A stretch of DNA of 37,317 nucleotides from a virus. Lineage: Duplodnaviria > Caudoviricetes. Numbering within the stretch: the stretch's first letter is position 1; the number at the start of each line of letters is the position of its first letter. Shown here one piece after another: positions 26,957 to 35,045 of the stretch. The notes beneath the pieces were generated by a model. It was given only the letters and a program-made list of their open reading frames with translations. It was not told where the DNA came from and made no database searches. The position numbers were made by a program, and so were the translations under genes. The DNA lies in the IMG/VR virus record IMGVR_UViG_3300048598_000587, positions 1 through 37,317 of that record. One strand, given 5' to 3'.

Positions 26957-27361
26957 ATGCCAGAAACCTTAATCAAGCATCGGGATATCACCGGAGTCAC
27001 CCTGCATTTCACGTCAGAGCAGATCAATCGGATGATGCTCGCCATGCCCGATGAGCAAAGACGATTTGCGATGGCATTGGCTGAGACGATCAGGCAACCG
27101 CACGAAATCTGGCAGAGATGGGGCCGTGATATCCACGATCCTAAGCAATGGCGGCAGGTCAGGTGTTATCTGCAGTTTCTCGACCTTTCCGATACCGATG
27201 TCGAAGGCGGCTTCGGCGTCGCGCTCATGCAGTTCACTCACCTGGACGATTGGTGCTTATCAGGCTCTGGCGTGGTACTAGGTGACAAAGCGACCGTCAT
27301 GGAAAAAATCAACGCTGAGGCTCGCCAGGGAAGCATTGAATACTCTGTGAGCCAACAATGA
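26957..27361 (+). CDS. Stand-alone PBECR2-like nuclease-fold protein
   Basis: LAETIRQPHEIWQRW..D..DP..WR..R.Y aligns by eye with the C-terminal domain of MuF (35046-36314). Confidence 0.7.
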   Translation: MPETLIKHRDITGVTLHFTSEQINRMMLAMPDEQRRFAMALAETIRQPHEIWQRWGRDIHDPKQWRQVRCYLQFLDLSDTDVEGGFGVALMQFTHLDDWCLSGSGVVLGDKATVMEKINAEARQGSIEYSVSQQ

Positions 27362-27576
27362 ACCGGCGCACCTTCCTGCTTGCCGTTTTCTCTATTCTCC
27401 CCATTGCTGCAGAAGCACGGGGCGGACGAGGTGGCGGCGGCCGTCGATATCGCTCAACGCGCGGCTACAGTGGCGGGTATTCCTATGGCGGCGGCGGGCA
27501 AAGTGGTGGCTGCGGATCGCGTGGCGGACCAGGCTGGCGAAAACCAAACGGCCGATGTGCCAGCTGGAAAGACTAA
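27358..27576 (+). CDS. Small exported Gly/Arg-rich peptide
   Basis: MNRRTFLL signal with AEA cleavage site; GCGSRGGPGWRKPNGRC C-terminus; ATGA coupling. Confidence 0.65.
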   Translation: MNRRTFLLAVFSILPIAAEARGGRGGGGRRYRSTRGYSGGYSYGGGGQSGGCGSRGGPGWRKPNGRCASWKD

Positions 27577-27594
27577 ACATCCCATAACCCAACT

Positions 27595-27642
27595 GCGGGA
27601 AACGTTTCCCGCGTTTCTCGTGCGCGCGCGCCCGCGCAAACT
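27595..27642 (+). promoter_or_regulatory. Putative late promoter for the lysis/packaging operon
   Basis: Perfect 18-bp palindrome GCGGGAAACGTTTCCCGC; CAAACT at the same spacing as the other two sites. Confidence 0.72.
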
Positions 27643-27681
27643 CCGGTCACAGCACTTTGACCATTTACAGGAGTTTGCGCC

Positions 27682-28044
27682 ATGTCTTCCCCCCGCCTTG
27701 GTGGCTGGCTGATCGCCACCGCCATCCTGCTCAGCCTTGTTGCCCTGCTGGCGCCGCAGCAGATTCCGGTCAGCCTTTACAAGCTGTCTTTGGTTACTAC
27801 AGCCGGCGTTGTCGGCTATTGGCTTGACCGCTCGCTGTTCCCCTATGCCCGACCGGATTCATTCATTGTTTCCGAAGAGCCTGATTTCGACTTCTCCGAC
27901 CCGGCCAGCACTGAAACAGCTGATCACCTTGAGTTGCCTTGGGAAGCCGGTGATAGCGCAATCTCAATGTTATTCGGGCTATCAATGTTGCGGCGGGCGG
28001 TCATAGTCGGCTGCGCCATGCTCGCCATGGGTCTGGGAGCCTGA
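27682..28044 (+). CDS. Putative holin
   Basis: PQQIPVSLYKLSLV..AGVVGYWLDRSLFPYARP...MLRRAVIV; directly before the endolysin. Confidence 0.85.
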   Translation: MSSPRLGGWLIATAILLSLVALLAPQQIPVSLYKLSLVTTAGVVGYWLDRSLFPYARPDSFIVSEEPDFDFSDPASTETADHLELPWEAGDSAISMLFGLSMLRRAVIVGCAMLAMGLGA

Positions 28045-28046
28045 TC

Positions 28047-28694
28047 ATGTTCGGGCGCTGGACATCGGAACAACGTCAGGAGCTGATCGCCACACTGCTG
28101 ATCGCCTTAATCTGCCTGGTCGGTGCTTTTCTCTCCGGCCACCTGCAGGCAGCAGAGATACCGGCCGCAGCCAATCAATACCGGGGCGAGCTGACGCGCA
28201 ATGCGCGCCTGGCGTGGGGGCTGGATGCCCCCGTGGCAACCCTGGCCGCCCAGGTGCATCAGGAATCAGGCTGGCAGCATGATGCTGTCTCCCGTGTTGG
28301 TGCCAAGGGCCTTGCCCAGTTCATGCCGGAAACGGCGCGCTGGATCGGCGGCATCTTCCCGGAGCTGGCTGCACGCCAGCCGGATAACCCGGTTTGGGCA
28401 TTACGTGCCCTGACGGCATACGACCGCTGGTTATGGGAGCGTATCGCCGCAGAGAACGATTGCGAGCGCATGGCCATGGTGCTGTCTGCCTATAACGGCG
28501 GGCTGGGGTGGTTGCTGAAAGACAAGGCGCTCACTCAAGCATCAAGTGGTATCCGCGGTCGCTGGTGGGGCCAGGTTGAGCGCCACAACGCCGGCCGCAG
28601 CAAGGCGAACTTTGCCGAGAACCGGGGCTATCCGAAACGCATCATCAAAACGCTGCAGCCGGCCTATGCCAGCTGGGGCGCCGGGGTGTGTTGA
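28047..28694 (+). CDS. Endolysin, lytic transglycosylase (SLT) with N-terminal hydrophobic anchor
   Basis: HQESGW, GAKGLAQFMP, SAYNGG and ENRGYP motifs. Confidence 0.93.
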   Translation: MFGRWTSEQRQELIATLLIALICLVGAFLSGHLQAAEIPAAANQYRGELTRNARLAWGLDAPVATLAAQVHQESGWQHDAVSRVGAKGLAQFMPETARWIGGIFPELAARQPDNPVWALRALTAYDRWLWERIAAENDCERMAMVLSAYNGGLGWLLKDKALTQASSGIRGRWWGQVERHNAGRSKANFAENRGYPKRIIKTLQPAYASWGAGVC

Positions 28695-29206
28695 TGGAAA
28701 AGTATCTGAACGTCGTCGCCGCCGTCGCTGCCGTGGTGATCATTGCTTGTGCCTTCTTGCTCGGCTTTAAATCGGGCAGCGCGGCCGGCGAAATCAAGGT
28801 TGCCAATCTGGAGAAGGCACAGGCCCAAGCCAGCACGAAAGCAACCCAGGCCGATCTGGCCGATCTCGAAGCCGCTCAGCGGCGAGGTGACCAGTTGCAG
28901 CGTCAGCTCGATCTCGCCGAGCAAACCCGCCTTTCCCAAGCCCTGGAGCACTCCCGTGAAATCAAACGCCTTACGCGCGGCCAGCCTTGTCTCAATGCTG
29001 GCGCTGTCCGCCTGCTCAACCGTTCCGGCGGCATCCAGCCAGCCGTGCCCGAAGCCGCCGGCCGGACTGATGCTGAAGATGCCCCCGCTGCCACCGATAC
29101 CGACGTCGCCGAGTGGATCGACCACGCGGCCCGCCAATACGCCACGTGCCGTGACCGCCTCGGCGCACTGATCGATTTTGAAACCGCCGAGGAAGAAGAA
29201 AAATGA
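28694..29206 (+). CDS. i-spanin (Rz-like)
   Basis: N-terminal TM, coiled coil, CL..GAVRLLN and Y.TCRDRL.ALI. Confidence 0.8.
   Translation: MEKYLNVVAAVAAVVIIACAFLLGFKSGSAAGEIKVANLEKAQAQASTKATQADLADLEAAQRRGDQLQRQLDLAEQTRLSQALEHSREIKRLTRGQPCLNAGAVRLLNRSGGIQPAVPEAAGRTDAEDAPAATDTDVAEWIDHAARQYATCRDRLGALIDFETAEEEEK
28956..29171 (+). CDS. Embedded o-spanin lipoprotein (Rz1-like)
   Basis: GGAG then GTG 28956 in the +1 frame: MKSNALRAASLVSMLALSAC (lipobox LSAC) followed by a Pro-rich tail. Confidence 0.75.
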   Translation: MKSNALRAASLVSMLALSACSTVPAASSQPCPKPPAGLMLKMPPLPPIPTSPSGSTTRPANTPRAVTASAH

Positions 29207-29601
29207 CCACACAAGATGACCGCCGCGACAACTCGCAAATCATGCACAGCATTGGACAGCTCACGGGCGCTGTGCAGGCGATGCACACGGGCCTGACCGC
29301 CCGCATCGAAGATATCAAGGGCGACATCCGCCGCCTGGAGCAAGCTCAGGGCGAACGCATGACGCGGATCGAAGAGAACCTCACCGGCCAGATTGGTCAG
29401 GTTCGCGAAGACGTGAACAAGCGGATCGACAACCTTGAAACCAGCGTCAGCACGCGGATCGATGGCCTGGGTACCCGAGTGACCAACCTGGAAGCCGAAG
29501 ACAAGAAGCTGATCGAAAAGACGGCCAAGCTCGGCGCCATCGGCGGCGGGGTTGGTGGCGCACTGGCCGCTGCAGCTGTTGAACTGATCAAGCGGCTCTG
29601 A
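29203..29601 (+). CDS. Coiled-coil protein with C-terminal hydrophobic helix
   Basis: Heptad-rich; GAIGGGVGGALAAAAV; lies between lysis and terminase genes. Confidence 0.75.
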   Translation: MTTQDDRRDNSQIMHSIGQLTGAVQAMHTGLTARIEDIKGDIRRLEQAQGERMTRIEENLTGQIGQVREDVNKRIDNLETSVSTRIDGLGTRVTNLEAEDKKLIEKTAKLGAIGGGVGGALAAAAVELIKRL

Positions 29602-29603
29602 CC

Positions 29604-30098
29604 ATGGCCCACAGCCAGGAAACCCGCGAGCGCACACGTCAGCTGTATATCGAGGGCATGCCCTTGAACGGTGCAGCGATCACCTGCGGCGTCAGCTACG
29701 ACACGGCTCGCGAGTGGAAAGCACGCGCCCAGGCCAAGGGCGATGACTGGGACACCGCCCGGGCGGCGTACCGGATCAGCGAACAGGGCATGGATGAGCT
29801 GAATAAGCAGCTGATCGAAGATTTCGCCCGCCAGGTCATCACCACGACGCGGGAACTTGAAGAAGCCAAGATTCCTGCCGCAGCCAAGGCCGCGCTGCTC
29901 GCCCAGTTGGCCGACGGCTATGCCAAGTTCAGCAAGGCATTCGGCCGGCTCAATCCGCAGTTTTCCGGGCTGTCTGTGGCACTCGATACGCTCAAGGTCA
30001 TCGCCGAGTATTTGAAAAAGACCGACCCTTCGGCGCTGCGGGCGTTGCAGCCGCATGTCGAGGATATCGGGGCGGTGCTTGGTAAGCGGTATGCGTGA
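29604..30098 (+). CDS. Terminase small subunit (DUF1804-like)
   Basis: MAHSQETR...Y...GVSYDTAREWK...GDDWDTARAA. Confidence 0.85.
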   Translation: MAHSQETRERTRQLYIEGMPLNGAAITCGVSYDTAREWKARAQAKGDDWDTARAAYRISEQGMDELNKQLIEDFARQVITTTRELEEAKIPAAAKAALLAQLADGYAKFSKAFGRLNPQFSGLSVALDTLKVIAEYLKKTDPSALRALQPHVEDIGAVLGKRYA

Positions 30099-31101
30099 GC
30101 CATGCGAACAGCGCACCTCTTTGCCGGCGCAGGTGGCGGATTGCTCGCCGATCTCATCCTCGGGCACATACCCGTGCTTGCGGTCGAATGGGATGCCCAT
30201 GCCTGCGCCGTGTTGCGAGAGCGATCCGCAGAAGGATGGTTTCCCGGCCTGCACGTCCATGAAGGCGACGTGCGAAAGTTCGATTTCAAACCCTGGGCCC
30301 ACCGCTTGGATTGCCTCGCAGCGGGCTTCCCTTGCCAAGATATTTCTGCAGCTGGCGGCGGCGCCGGTATCGAAGGCGAGCGGAGCGGCCTCATCTCCGA
30401 AGTCTTCCGGGGGATCGACGAATGCGCCCCCCCCATCGTCTGGCTCGAAAACTCGCCGCTTATCCGGAGCAGAGGCCGTGACTACGTCATCGGCCAACTC
30501 GTGGCGCGCGGATATTCCTGGAAAGACGGAGTCATTGGTGCGGCTGATGTCGGCGCCGGTCACCAGCGGGATCGCTGGTTTTGCCTTGCTGCCAACGCTG
30601 ACGGTCAGCGGAAACTTCAACAGGAAAGGCATTTCGCCAAAATCGGGCGATGGCTTGGCGACGGCGCTCAGAAAACTGCCGACGCTATGTGCTGCCGCAG
30701 CCAAACAGGGGCATGTATGCGATCCGGCCTATTGGGACGGCAAGCGCGGGATGCAGCTTCCATCGGCGCTGGCGATGCTACCAACCTTATGTGCAATCGA
30801 TCACAAGGGGTCGGGCGGCACGAAGCTGACGCCGCGCGGGAAGAAAAGCCTACCTCGCGCATTGAAGCATCTTCTTCCGACGCTCTGTGCCACCGACTTC
30901 AAAGGGCCGTACAGCGCGGAGGGTTATCAGAAACAGACGCAGCAACGATCCAATCCGCTGCGGGATACGTTGGTGCATACGACTGGGCACCGCCTGACGC
31001 CGGCGTTTGCCGAGTGGTGGATGGGCTGGCCAATCGGATGGACCGCATCAAGTGTGCGGGCAATGGCCAAGTCCCGCTCCAAGCGGCGGCCGCATTCATG
31101 A
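30091..31101 (+). CDS. Overlapping alternative-frame polypeptide: putative beta subunit (TRD repeats plus motif IX) of the C5-methyltransferase
   Basis: 336 open codons in the +1 frame; four LPTL repeats; RLTPAFAEWWMGWPIGWT; start uncertain (30091 or internal 30547). Confidence 0.6.
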   Translation: MREPCEQRTSLPAQVADCSPISSSGTYPCLRSNGMPMPAPCCESDPQKDGFPACTSMKATCESSISNPGPTAWIASQRASLAKIFLQLAAAPVSKASGAASSPKSSGGSTNAPPPSSGSKTRRLSGAEAVTTSSANSWRADIPGKTESLVRLMSAPVTSGIAGFALLPTLTVSGNFNRKGISPKSGDGLATALRKLPTLCAAAAKQGHVCDPAYWDGKRGMQLPSALAMLPTLCAIDHKGSGGTKLTPRGKKSLPRALKHLLPTLCATDFKGPYSAEGYQKQTQQRSNPLRDTLVHTTGHRLTPAFAEWWMGWPIGWTASSVRAMAKSRSKRRPHS

Positions 31102-31130
31102 TCCTGAGTCAGAGCAATAGCCATGCGTGA
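30102..31130 (+). CDS. DNA (cytosine-5) methyltransferase, alpha polypeptide
   Basis: Motif I LFAGAGG, IV GFPCQ, VI LENS, VIII HQRDRWF, X RIKCAGNGQVP; no motif IX in this frame. Confidence 0.9.
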   Translation: MRTAHLFAGAGGGLLADLILGHIPVLAVEWDAHACAVLRERSAEGWFPGLHVHEGDVRKFDFKPWAHRLDCLAAGFPCQDISAAGGGAGIEGERSGLISEVFRGIDECAPPIVWLENSPLIRSRGRDYVIGQLVARGYSWKDGVIGAADVGAGHQRDRWFCLAANADGQRKLQQERHFAKIGRWLGDGAQKTADAMCCRSQTGACMRSGLLGRQARDAASIGAGDATNLMCNRSQGVGRHEADAAREEKPTSRIEASSSDALCHRLQRAVQRGGLSETDAATIQSAAGYVGAYDWAPPDAGVCRVVDGLANRMDRIKCAGNGQVPLQAAAAFMILSQSNSHA

Positions 31131-32895
31131 ATTCGACTGGACAGACGATTACGAAGACCTGACCGAGGTGAAGAACCTCGGCGACTTCCAGCGTCGGATT
31201 GAGCTGTTCGCCGATGAGCTGCGCCAGACCATTGAGCTGGAGTGCGAGGCCTTCCCGACCGATGCAGCGGCGAGCAAGACCCGGCGCGAGCGAGCGGTGG
31301 TGGATTACCGGTTTTTCTGCCGGACCTACTTTCCGCACTACGTGACATCTCCCCACTTCTCAGCTTTCCACAACTTCATTTTCGAGAACTTCCCGGAGCG
31401 GATCGACGGTGCAGCCGATGCCCGCGAAGTGCATCAAGCGCCGCGCGGCGAAGCCAAGTCGACCTACGAAACCCAGCTCGGCAGCTTGTGGTGCATCTGC
31501 CGCGCCAACTACATGGCCGAGCTTGTGCCGCATGCCAGCCCGAAGGCGCGAAAGTGGCTGATCGGCATCATCATGAACACGCTGGAGCAGTCGATTGAAA
31601 TGCTCGAAGCGATCAAGGCCGAGCTGGACAGCAACCCGCGCCTGGCGGCTGACTTCCCCAAGGCAGTCGGGCGCGGCCGCATCTGGCAGGCGGCAACCAT
31701 TGTCACGGCCAATGGCATCAAGGTCCGCGTCGGCGGCGTGGGCAAGAAGATGCGCGGTATGCGCCATGGCCCGCACCGGCCGGGGCTGATCTTCCTGGAC
31801 GATCTGGAAAACGATGAGAACGTGCGCAATAAGGATCAGCGCGACGCCGTTCAAAACTTCGTCATCAAGGCCGTGGTTGGTCTGGCCGGCCCGGCCGGCG
31901 GGCTGGATATCTTCTGGGTTGGCACCAGCCTGCATTACGACGCGGCGATCAACCGGGTTTCGCGCAAGCCGGGCTGGCGACGCAAAGTGTTTAAGTCGAT
32001 CATGAAGTGGCCGGATCGGCTTGACCTGTGGGAGAAGTGGGAAGGCATCTACACCTCGGCCTCGGCCAGCGATGAGGAAGGCGCCCAGGAAAAGGCCGAA
32101 GCCGAGGCGCTGGCCTTCTACCAGGCAAACAAGGAAGCCATGGATGCCGGCGCCGTCGTGTCGTGGCCGGACGTGCGGCCGCTGTACCGGCTGTACTGCA
32201 TGTATGCCAGCGACCACGATGCATTCAACCAAGAACAACAGAATGAGGCCGGCAACGATGACACGGCACCGTTCAAGAACATTCAGTTTTGGGTGGATCG
32301 GCGCAATGACTGGCTGTTCTTCGGCTCTATCGATCCTTCACTCGGCAAGCAGGGCAAGAAGCGCGACCCATCGGCCATTCTGGTCGGTGGCTTAAACCGC
32401 AATACGATGGTGCTCGATGTGGTCGAGGCCGATATTGCCAAGCGCGTGCCGGATTTGATCATCAGCCGCGCCATCGATCTGCAGGTGGAATACCAGTGCC
32501 TGGCTTGGGGTGTTGAGACGGTGCAGTTTCAGGAGTTCATGTACACCGAGCTGCTGAAGCGGGCGGCGCTGTTGGGTATTGCCTTCCCGGGCATTCCGAT
32601 GCCGGAAAACGTCGAAAAGGATCTGCGCATCATCAGCCTGCAGCCGCATTTCGCAAACGGCAAGATCAGGCTGCACCGTTCGCAGACCGTGATGATCGAG
32701 CAGACCAAGTTTTGGCCCGAGGCCGACCATGACGACGGCCCGGATGGCCTTGAAAAGCTCTGGCGCCTGGCCAACCAGTTCGCGGGCGAGTGGCTTTATA
32801 CCCCGGTGGGAACGTCCCGCATGAATCAACGCAATACCGGCCGCAGTGGCTTCGCTGGCGGCTTTTCTGAAGAGTGGGATGACGACGATGATTAA
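31123..32895 (+). CDS. Terminase large subunit
   Basis: APRGEAKST, LIFLDDLEND, SIDPS and HDDGPD motifs. Confidence 0.95.
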   Translation: MREFDWTDDYEDLTEVKNLGDFQRRIELFADELRQTIELECEAFPTDAAASKTRRERAVVDYRFFCRTYFPHYVTSPHFSAFHNFIFENFPERIDGAADAREVHQAPRGEAKSTYETQLGSLWCICRANYMAELVPHASPKARKWLIGIIMNTLEQSIEMLEAIKAELDSNPRLAADFPKAVGRGRIWQAATIVTANGIKVRVGGVGKKMRGMRHGPHRPGLIFLDDLENDENVRNKDQRDAVQNFVIKAVVGLAGPAGGLDIFWVGTSLHYDAAINRVSRKPGWRRKVFKSIMKWPDRLDLWEKWEGIYTSASASDEEGAQEKAEAEALAFYQANKEAMDAGAVVSWPDVRPLYRLYCMYASDHDAFNQEQQNEAGNDDTAPFKNIQFWVDRRNDWLFFGSIDPSLGKQGKKRDPSAILVGGLNRNTMVLDVVEADIAKRVPDLIISRAIDLQVEYQCLAWGVETVQFQEFMYTELLKRAALLGIAFPGIPMPENVEKDLRIISLQPHFANGKIRLHRSQTVMIEQTKFWPEADHDDGPDGLEKLWRLANQFAGEWLYTPVGTSRMNQRNTGRSGFAGGFSEEWDDDDD

Positions 32896-34435
32896 AGAGA
32901 TCAAGGCGGCGCTGGCATCTGTAGCCAAGCGCGGGCTGGATGCCCTGCAGGCTGGCCCACGCTCAAGCGGGACGACGGCGAATTACATGTCGGTCAATAC
33001 CATTCCGCCGGCCCGGCTGGCCAGCGCTTTCGCTGCGGCCGATGAGGGCTATATCACCGACCAGGCGATGCTGTTCAACCTGATCGAAGAGCAGGATGCA
33101 CATATTTTTGCCGAGCTGGCCAAGCGCCGCCGGGCGGTGACCGGGCTGGGCTGGCAACTGGCGCCGCCGGAAGATGCCAATCAGTCCGAGATCGACCGAA
33201 CTCAGGAACTGGAAGACATCCTGCGCAAGATTCCGCGTTTCGAGGACATGCAATATGACCTCAGCGACGCGATCGGCAAGGGTATCTCGGCACATGAGAT
33301 CGAGTGGCAGACGGGTAGCACCTGGTACCCGAAAGGCTTCATCTGGGTGCCGCAGAGCGAGTTTCAGGTCGACCGCAAATCAGGGCAGCTGCAGTACGTC
33401 AAGAACGGCATGCCGGAAGCGTTGCGGGAATGGGGCTGGGTGGTCCATGAGCACCGGGCGAAGTCGGGCTACATCGAGCAGGCGGCGCTGTTCCGCGTGC
33501 TGGCCTGGACATATGCATACAAGGCTTACAACGCCCGCGACATGCAGCGTTTTCTGGAGATGTACGGCCTGCCGCTGCGCTTGGGCAAGTATCCGGCCGG
33601 CATCGATTCAAAGTCCCGCGACCAACTGCTGAAGGCGGTGCGCAACATTGGCAATGACGGCGCGGGCGTCGTGCCAGCCAACATGAGCATTGAATTCATC
33701 CAGGCCATGAAGAGCGGTTCGGTCGATGACTTCCTGAATGCTATTGCCTACTGGGAGCGCAAACAGTCGATGGCGATCCTCGGCGGCACGCTGACCAGCC
33801 AGGCCGACGGAAAGACCAGCACCAACGCGCTGGGCCATATTCACGACAAGGTCCGTCGCGAGATCATGCTGCACGACGTCGGCCAGATCGACCCGACGAT
33901 GAATAGCCAGGTCGTGGCGCCGATTGCGCTGATCAATGGCATGTTCCCGCCGGATCGATTGCCTGTGTTCGGTCACCTGACGCAAGAAAGCGTCGATCAG
34001 CAGAAGATGGTCGACGTGCTCGCCAAGGCGGCCGATATCGGCATGGAGATCGACGTGGAATACGCCCACGAGATCATGCAGCTGCCGCGCGCTGCCAAAG
34101 ATGCAAAGCTGCTGATCGCGACAAACAAGCCTACCGCCCCAGCCACAACCCCCAGCCCGGCAAACCCGGCCGAAACAGCCCTGACGCGCCTGGTCGCCCT
34201 GGCTACTGAGCCGGATATCACCACGGCCTACGGTAACCAGTTAGCCACGCTGTGCGCCCCATTCGAACAAGGCCTGATCCAGCAAATCAGCGCCATCGTT
34301 GCCGAGGCCGGCGACTTTGACGCGGCGCTGGAAGGTATCGCAGCGTTGCGGGCTGATCCGAAGTGGGCCGAAGCAATGCAACTGGGCATGGCTGCGGCGC
34401 ATATGGCTGGGCGGGCGGATGTGGGGGGTGAATGA
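32888..34435 (+). CDS. Portal protein (Mu gp29/DUF935)
   Basis: EEQDAHIFAEL.KRR.AV, FLEMYGLPLRLGKYP, ILGGTLTS and ALGHIHD.VR motifs. Confidence 0.95.
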   Translation: MIKEIKAALASVAKRGLDALQAGPRSSGTTANYMSVNTIPPARLASAFAAADEGYITDQAMLFNLIEEQDAHIFAELAKRRRAVTGLGWQLAPPEDANQSEIDRTQELEDILRKIPRFEDMQYDLSDAIGKGISAHEIEWQTGSTWYPKGFIWVPQSEFQVDRKSGQLQYVKNGMPEALREWGWVVHEHRAKSGYIEQAALFRVLAWTYAYKAYNARDMQRFLEMYGLPLRLGKYPAGIDSKSRDQLLKAVRNIGNDGAGVVPANMSIEFIQAMKSGSVDDFLNAIAYWERKQSMAILGGTLTSQADGKTSTNALGHIHDKVRREIMLHDVGQIDPTMNSQVVAPIALINGMFPPDRLPVFGHLTQESVDQQKMVDVLAKAADIGMEIDVEYAHEIMQLPRAAKDAKLLIATNKPTAPATTPSPANPAETALTRLVALATEPDITTAYGNQLATLCAPFEQGLIQQISAIVAEAGDFDAALEGIAALRADPKWAEAMQLGMAAAHMAGRADVGGE

Positions 34436-34626
34436 TGAAGATTGTCGATTTGATGAAGTGGCTGAAAGTCATCTCTATGGCTCCGCTCGCCCTACTTGTG
34501 CTCTCAGCTGCTCACTTTTGGGAGTGGTTTCACTTCGGACCATCTAGCCAAATTCTTCAAGTTACAAGGCAGGCGAAGCAGCGGCTTTTTCAATGGCGCA
34601 CCGATATCGAGAAAAGACAGTATTAA
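34432..34626 (+). CDS. Small hypothetical membrane protein
   Basis: ATGA overlap with the portal stop; one hydrophobic segment; AT-richer than flanks. Confidence 0.4.
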   Translation: MMKIVDLMKWLKVISMAPLALLVLSAAHFWEWFHFGPSSQILQVTRQAKQRLFQWRTDIEKRQY

Positions 34627-34672
34627 GCGGTAAGGCGGTTCCGACTCCAACCGCCACAACGAGGAAATGACC

Positions 34673-35041
34673 ATGAAAGAAAAAACTATTGAGCAGGAAA
34701 TTCAGGACAAGAATTTGACTGCGCCGCGCATCACGCCAGCAGATATTGAAGCGAATATCGACACTGAGGTTTATTTCACCGGAGAGCATGGCGTTGAAGG
34801 GGCCATGAACCGTAATGAACTACATGCAAGGCATCCGATTGGTATGAAAAGCGGCCATTTGAGCCTGCTTACATTCTGCGTCCTCGTCCTGAAGAACGGG
34901 TTCACGGTAACTGGCGAGAGTGCCTGCGCCAGTCCGGAGAACTTCGACGCCGAGATCGGTCGCAAGATCGCCCGTCAGAACGCAGTCCAGAAGATTTGGC
35001 CGCTGATGGGCTACGAACTCCGTAGCAAACTCGCAGCCTGA
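34673..35041 (+). CDS. Phage Gp49/Gp66 family protein
   Basis: TAPRITP.DI...LLTFCVLVLKNGFTVTGESACASPENFDAEIG...IWPLMGY. Confidence 0.85.
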   Translation: MKEKTIEQEIQDKNLTAPRITPADIEANIDTEVYFTGEHGVEGAMNRNELHARHPIGMKSGHLSLLTFCVLVLKNGFTVTGESACASPENFDAEIGRKIARQNAVQKIWPLMGYELRSKLAA

Positions 35042-35045
35042 ACAA

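Noticed and set aside
30102-31130. Restriction-modification system or frameshifted methylase pseudogene
   Set aside because: No endonuclease gene nearby; both frames are open end to end and frame A keeps both N- and C-terminal motifs, which simple decay would not produce
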